A DNA stretch of 64,000 nucleotides, from NCBI RefSeq assembly GCF_006345805.1, contig NC_042998.1:57722001-57786000 (forward strand), read 5' to 3'. Numbering within the stretch: the first letter of the stretch is position 1; every line of letters starts with the position of its first letter. Shown here piece by piece: positions 57,282-64,000 of this stretch. A program made the translations under genes and the position numbers. Origin of the DNA: Octopus sinensis. Taxonomy: Eukaryota. A model generated the notes under the pieces. The model saw only the letters and a program-made list of their open reading frames with translations, was not told the DNA's origin and did no database searches.

Positions 57282-58175
57282 ATACATATGCTTATGTTAT
57301 AAACATACACACATACGTACATATAATTCCCCCATCCATATTCTTTCAGCATCTCTCCATCTCAGCCTGTAAATACCAAACACTGTTACAATGCTTACTC
57401 GCCCTTCAATCTTTTCCCCCCATTCCCTCCAACACCTGGTATATATCTTGATATAAATGTGATGCATTGTTTCTTTCATATTCATATTTTGTAAATGAAA
57501 ACCGTAGGGGGAATGATTCCTCAAACACTTCAAATTCTCTTAGCCAACGCGTGGATGAAATAACCAGCAACATCACATCACACCACCAGCTCTGCTTTTC
57601 AGATCATCATCATCATCTTCATCACCACTAACCACCACCAACAACAGCCATCGCCAACCACCGCCATTCACCAGCAGCAGCAGCAGCGGCGGCAGCAGCA
57701 TCACCATGCCTACCACCACCACCACCACCACCACCGCCAACAACAACAACAACAACCAAAAGCCACCACAAACCCACACCTGTACCACCACCGCCATCAC
57801 TGCATCCACCACCACCAAAACCACCACCAATACCACCACCACCACCACCACCACCTTCATTGTCATCATTCATCGTTACGACCTCTACCCCATCCATCAT
57901 CATTACCATCATCATCATCATAGTTGCCGTTGTCATTGTTGCTATTGTTAGTGGTTATAGTTGAAGTAGTAGCAATAATAGTGTTGTAGTAGTTAAGATA
58001 TCCTATTAGTTACAGTATGCCCCATATGGCAAACTTTATCCTTATCACTTTCTTCTAATATTTTTTGTTAATTTATTTGTTTGTAATGGTATGCATTTTA
58101 TTTATATTTTTTTAAAATAAAGAAATATATTAATGTTGATGTATCTGGTGATGTTTGTAGTAGTTGATGTTGTGG

Positions 58176-58223
<48 letters not shown>

Positions 58224-58390
58224 GTGCCACTACTATTACTACTACTGGTTTTTTTCTGGCTATTGTTGATGAATTTGATGAAGGTGTAGACGATTCTGAT
58301 TATAGTGTATTTTTACTTGAGGGTGTGTTAGACAAATTATACACCTGTGTGTGCGTGCGCAAACATACATACATATACACACACACACAC

Positions 58391-58463
<73 letters not shown>

Positions 58464-59986
58464 ATATATATACATATATGTTTGTATATATACGTATGTT
58501 TATATGAAGATATGTATATATGTATGTATACGTATCTGTGCGTGTGTGCGCACTCACACTCAAACACATAATATTATATTTCAAATGAGACCTCTTGGTT
58601 TTCAAGGACATGTAACCTTTTTGTCATCATTCAAGTGCCTAATAAAAATAGTCTTTCGTGCATATTTGATGATGCTCTTTAGTTGTGAACATTTGAAGCG
58701 GAAGCTGCCCGCTAGCATCCATCTTTACCATTGAAACATTTTGCTAGGTATCTCATTAGTTGTTAACTACCGTCTATGCAAGAAAAAACTATTTATTACT
58801 TTTTTTTTATCTATTCTAACACGTGGTTTATAACATGGCTGAAGGAAGCCACTAGAGCGAGGCTAGACTATGAAGAAGCTTCTTAGAGCTCGCTCCACCT
58901 CTTAGAAATATTTGCCAAATATGCCTCAAAGCACTCCCTGGCGTCTTAAAGGAAGGATAGATACTATGAACGATATGGTTTTAGACTGGTTACATCTAAA
59001 TACATTTCATGATGGACATGAATATGATGTCTTCAGTCATAAGTTTTCTCGATCAGAGATAGTGTGAGCAAAGATGATGAATTTAAAATTCGTTGTGAGA
59101 TTACGTTGGACTCTCCAGCTTATTTAATATTCAAGCTGTTACTAAATAATTTACTGTAGAGTATAGATAAAATATTTTTAGTTAATATATCTTTGGTCTT
59201 GATTAGTGGCAAATTAATGATTTTGGCGAAGAAGATCAAAGAAGACATCCAATTCTCTAAAGACTAATTCTGCAGCCGGAGAGCCAACTATATTGCCAGA
59301 AGTAAACTCACACATATTTACCCTTGACATGAAACAGCTTGACCCGACTCAAATAATTCAGAAATCTTTCTTTTCCCTAACAGCTTTACTATCCAAGAGC
59401 CATTCGCAATTTCATAAGTAATTCTCACACATGTCATACATTTTTGGTTAGATTATCTGTATCCACAGAAACCAAATCCTTCAATCTCCGTTGTATTAAC
59501 CTCAAGCAAAGCTCTTCGCTTGGTCTCAATGCAAGGCACACGTACTTCGTTGAATTAATGCAGACAGTAGTAAATAATTTTTGCCAATTCTCGTAAAAAG
59601 TATGTTTTATTCTCCGTCGATTTTGCAAGAGGAAAAAGAATTCACGTGTGACTTTCAACGAGAACCTGTATTTATAAGCATTTCTAAAATCTTACTCTTA
59701 GCAATGTCATCATTTTAAAACTCTGTTATGTATTTCTGGTTAATTTAGATCTAACCCACACCACCCTCCGTATTAAACCGGTAAAATACTGTTCTATGTT
59801 GTTTATTATATAACACATGAAGTGCTGTGTATATTACTGACAATTGCTTAGCATCACTGTTTCATAGAATAATTATAACATCATTTGCACCGGTGTGTGT
59901 GTGTATGTGCGTGTGCGTGTGTGCGTGCATTTGTGTATGCGTGTATGCGTGTATTTGAGAGTGTGTGTATGCGTGTGTTTGTGTGT

Positions 59987-60037
<51 letters not shown>

Positions 60038-62349
60038 TATGTGTGCATGTGTGTATGTGAAAATAATGTTCAAGAATGTGTTTGACAGTTAACGGAAAGG
60101 ACAGAAAACAGACATTGGTAAAACCATTTCATCGACCAATGAATGCAATTTCGATATCTATCTATCTATCTATCTATCTGTCTATCTGTCTGTCTGTCTG
60201 TCTGTCTGTCTTTATATGTATTTGTATGTATGTATGTATGCATGCATGCATGTATGTATGTATGTATGTATGCATGCATGTATGTATGTATGTATGTATG
60301 TATGTATGTATGTATGTATGTATGTGTGTATGTATGTATGAAACTCTTTGTTATAATCTCTACACAACACACGTAGATATTGTATTCTACAGAAAAACTC
60401 TATTTAACATTGTCAGTTAAAGAGACATTCGACACTTTTACAGTGATGTTTATATTGTTGTGGAAACTAACGTTAGCTCTCTTTCAGCTGTGTCTTGGCT
60501 GGCCGGTCGTTAATTCCTCGTGTGTATGTGCGTGTGCGTGTGTGCGTGCATTTGTGTATGCGTGTATGCGTGTATTTGAGAGTGTGTGTATGCGTATGTG
60601 TTTTTGTGTGCGTGTGTTTATATGTGTGTATGTGAAAATAATGTTCAAGAATGTGTTTGACAGTGCAAATGCATTAATTTATACTTGCAGGATACCTTAA
60701 CCCCACCTAAATCAAGATAACTTTGTACACTTTGATATGTCGCGGTGCATGGTATACAATGCAGTATGGATGTCAGATTGCTGTTTCCAGTAAGGTTTCG
60801 ATACCTCTGCAGTATATCTATTGACGTGATGTTTATTGTCGCATCACTTCAATAATATCAAGTTGTAGTAACCATAGGAACCTCAGTTTTTAGGTTAAAT
60901 GCATTTTTGCTTGTTTGCTGTATTTGCTGTTGTTGCCCTTGTTGTTATGGTGGGGCATATCTCTGAATCGGAAGTGTAGGTGGTGATAAATACTGTTTTC
61001 AAAACTACACATTTATTGATGTATGGAAGTGTGTGAGTTGGCCTAGCTTATTGATAAGAAAGGTTAGCATTATCAACATATGTTGATGACGATCATATTG
61101 AAGGCTAGCGTTTCAGCATTGCTGGAAGCTAATTTGTAGGTGTCTGTCAGTTGATAGAAGAGACGATCAAAGGCGTCAGTGAGAACCAACATTAATTTAT
61201 ATGATATTTACCACCGTACGATATCCCGTTTTCTTTTCTTTCTTTACTTATTGTTTTCATAAATCTCCGTTGGAATCAAGAAGTTTGTCTGACATCAGGT
61301 GGAGTGTTTTCTTTATCAATCATTAACGTAGATTTTAAAATATTTTTAAAAACGAGCCACTAGAAATCTGAGTTTATAACTGGCTTTGCTAATGCGTTTT
61401 CACACACTATTGATCCGTTCAAATTATTTAACGTGTCAAGCATGTGAACATTTCCTCTGCAACAGGGAATTGCAAGTGCAGAGGAACCTGTGAGGGAAAA
61501 TAAATTACAACTCTGATTGTACAAATTCTTAAATACGCACGCAATCACACGAAGCAAGATTAATTAAAATGCTATTATGCATTAATTAACCAGCAGGCGA
61601 TTTCAGATTTGAATACAAGCGAAATTTTGTCCGTAAGCGTGAGGTTGCTCTACAACAATATGCTTATTATCATTTCCATCAATCGAAGATAAGAGTGAGA
61701 GCCAAGATAACAGTCTTCCCACTGAGTATATGTTATCATATGTACGGTATAAATGATAGAATCTACTTCTATTTTCTGACATTTTCTGGATTAGGGATAA
61801 TATAATGTCACCATTTTGGAGGGCTTTTAAGATATTTGTTCAGCTTCCTTACTGTGAAAACTGTTCAATCTTTTGATATTTTCTTTACATTAAATATACA
61901 TTTTATATCATATATTTAAGTGTTTATTTAACCTTATTTCGTATTTATCTTCTCATAAACACGTAGATGGATATTTTTAATATTTTCTCCGTAGACTGTT
62001 CTGTAATCATTCTGTTGCTAAGTTGTAGTTGAAAATAAACGCATCACATGATAATAGATGCTATGTGAATGATAAAGGTGTACACACACGCATATAGACG
62101 AAAGATTAAGGTTTATATATATTGATGTAGGATTTTACTGTTTCAATCATATAGAAAATATCTCTACCAGATATGTATGTGTGCGTGCGTGTGTGTGTGC
62201 GCGTGTGTGTGTGGGGGCGTATGTATGTGTGCGTGTGTTTGTAATGAAAAAAGTGGCACAATGGGGCGAGAATTAAATTTACAGAAATGCAGAGAAAACA
62301 CACACTATGGCCGCGGACAAGCTCATATATTACGTATAACGTTGTAATA

Positions 62350-64000
62350 TTGTACCTATTCTAGAAATTCCAGCACAAGCACAAAGCCACAAGCATTGGT
62401 AGAAGAGCTAATTGACAATATCCATAGCAGTAACCGAAAAGTACTTTAATTTAGATATGCTAGAAAGAAGAGAGAAATTGTGACATCGGCGGGATTTGAA
62501 CTCAGAACATGAGCGAGAACAAATATTGTAAATGACTTTACAGTATTCATCCCGGCTCTATGTTTTTGTTTTCAAATACCACCGAAGTCATCTTTGGGCT
62601 TCTTTCTTCAGAGGTTGATTAAATATAGTCGAGTATATTTAGGGTAATATCATCGACTGTTCCTCTCTTTCTTTGTGTCTCTGTTTGAAGTTATTATTAT
62701 AGAGCGGTGAGGGCGGCGAGCTGACAGAATCGTTAGAATATCGAGCGAAATGCTTAGCAGTATTTCGCCCGTCTTCATATTCTGAGTTCAAATTCCGCCG
62801 AGGTCGATTTACCTTTCATCCTTTCAGGGTCGATAAATTATGTACCAGTGAAACACTGGGGCTCAATGTAATTGCTGTGTCCCCCCCTCCCCAACTTCAT
62901 GATTTGTGCCTATAACAGAAAGGATTATAGAGCAGTGCATTGGCAGAATCTTTAGAGAACCGGACTAATTACATTGCGGTGTTTGTTTACCGCGTTACTA
63001 CGTTACGGTCTACGTTCAAATACCGTCCAGGTATTTGCTTTCAATCCTTTCGTTGTCAAGAAAATGTAATACCAGCCAAGAAGTAGGCACGATATAATTC
63101 CCCGAAATATTTCTGGCCTTGTGCCAATGTAAACAATTATCGCCGGTAGATACGTAGAATTGCTAAAGAGTGGAGAAAATGTCAAGTGGTCTTTGCTCCG
63201 ACGTCTTATGCTGTGAGTTTGAATCCCGACTCATTTAAATTTGTTTTGCATCCCACAAGGTCTTATAAATAAATTATTGAGGAAGTACTCAGGTCGACTT
63301 AACTGGCTAACTCTTACACACAAAATTTCAGTCCTTCTGCATTTGTAGGAAACAATCATCATCATCATCATCTATATCATTATTATTATCATTATTAAGT
63401 CCACGAGCTGGCAGAATTCTTAGCACATCGGGCAAATTGCTTAGCAGTATTTCGTCCGTCTTTACGTTCTGCGTTCAAATTCCACCAAGGCGACTTTGCC
63501 TTTCATCGTTTCGGGGTCAATGAAATGAGTACCAGTTGAACATTGGGACTGGTGTAATCGACTAGTCCCCCTGCCCCAGATTTCACTGTTGTTGTTCTTA
63601 TAGATTAATAAAAGAAGGGTGTGAACTGGAAAATTTGTTAGTATATTAAAAAAAAAATCAGAAACCTCCTCTTACTTTTTCTTGACTCTTTATGTTTTCA
63701 TTTCTAATTCTCCCGTAGTCAACTTTGCCTTTCATTCTTTCAAGTTCGGTAAAATACAGTACCAGTCATGAACTAGGGTTGATGTAATCGACTAACCCCT
63801 TCACCATATCTTTCCGCGCTTGTGCCTATATTAGAACTAGTAATACAAATTATTTATTTGCATTACTAGTAGAAATAGTAATACAAATTATTCGAATTTT
63901 AGCACAAGGCCATCCCAAATGTTAAAACGTAAAATCGACCTTCGGCGGAATTTGAACTCAGGATGTGAAAACGGACGAAATGCGTTAAGCATTTTGCCCG
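62350..64000. mobile_element. Second SINE B cluster (~8 copies of differing age; minus, then plus run, then minus)
   Basis: Clear copies at 62711-62930 (+), 63398-63610 (+) and 63930-64000 (-), with degenerate copies between. Confidence 0.85.

Overview
AT-rich, microsatellite-saturated eukaryotic non-coding DNA with one 100-N assembly gap. The SINE families match, from my recollection (not database-checked), those of coleoid cephalopods such as Octopus. I found no intact host gene: nearly all listed ORFs are translations of (TA)n, (CA)n, (TATG)n, (AAT)n or (CCA)n repeats, or of SINEs. The window holds many copies of at least four tRNA-headed SINE families (labelled A-D here), decayed LINE fragments (CR1-group, RTE, R4/Dong-type), Tc1/mariner and hAT derivatives, and recent tandem duplications. 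The main signal is a set of sequence-unrelated small elements sitting in (TA)n tracts, each carrying a minimal type-I hammerhead ribozyme motif. One is an RT-deleted Penelope-like element with a GIY-YIG remnant between ~355-bp inverted pseudo-LTRs. One is a fold-back whose hammerheads have an elongated stem II. One is a retrozyme-like ~357-bp unit with terminal direct repeats. Ribozyme calls rest on manual motif and base-pair reading only, and most element boundaries are approximate.
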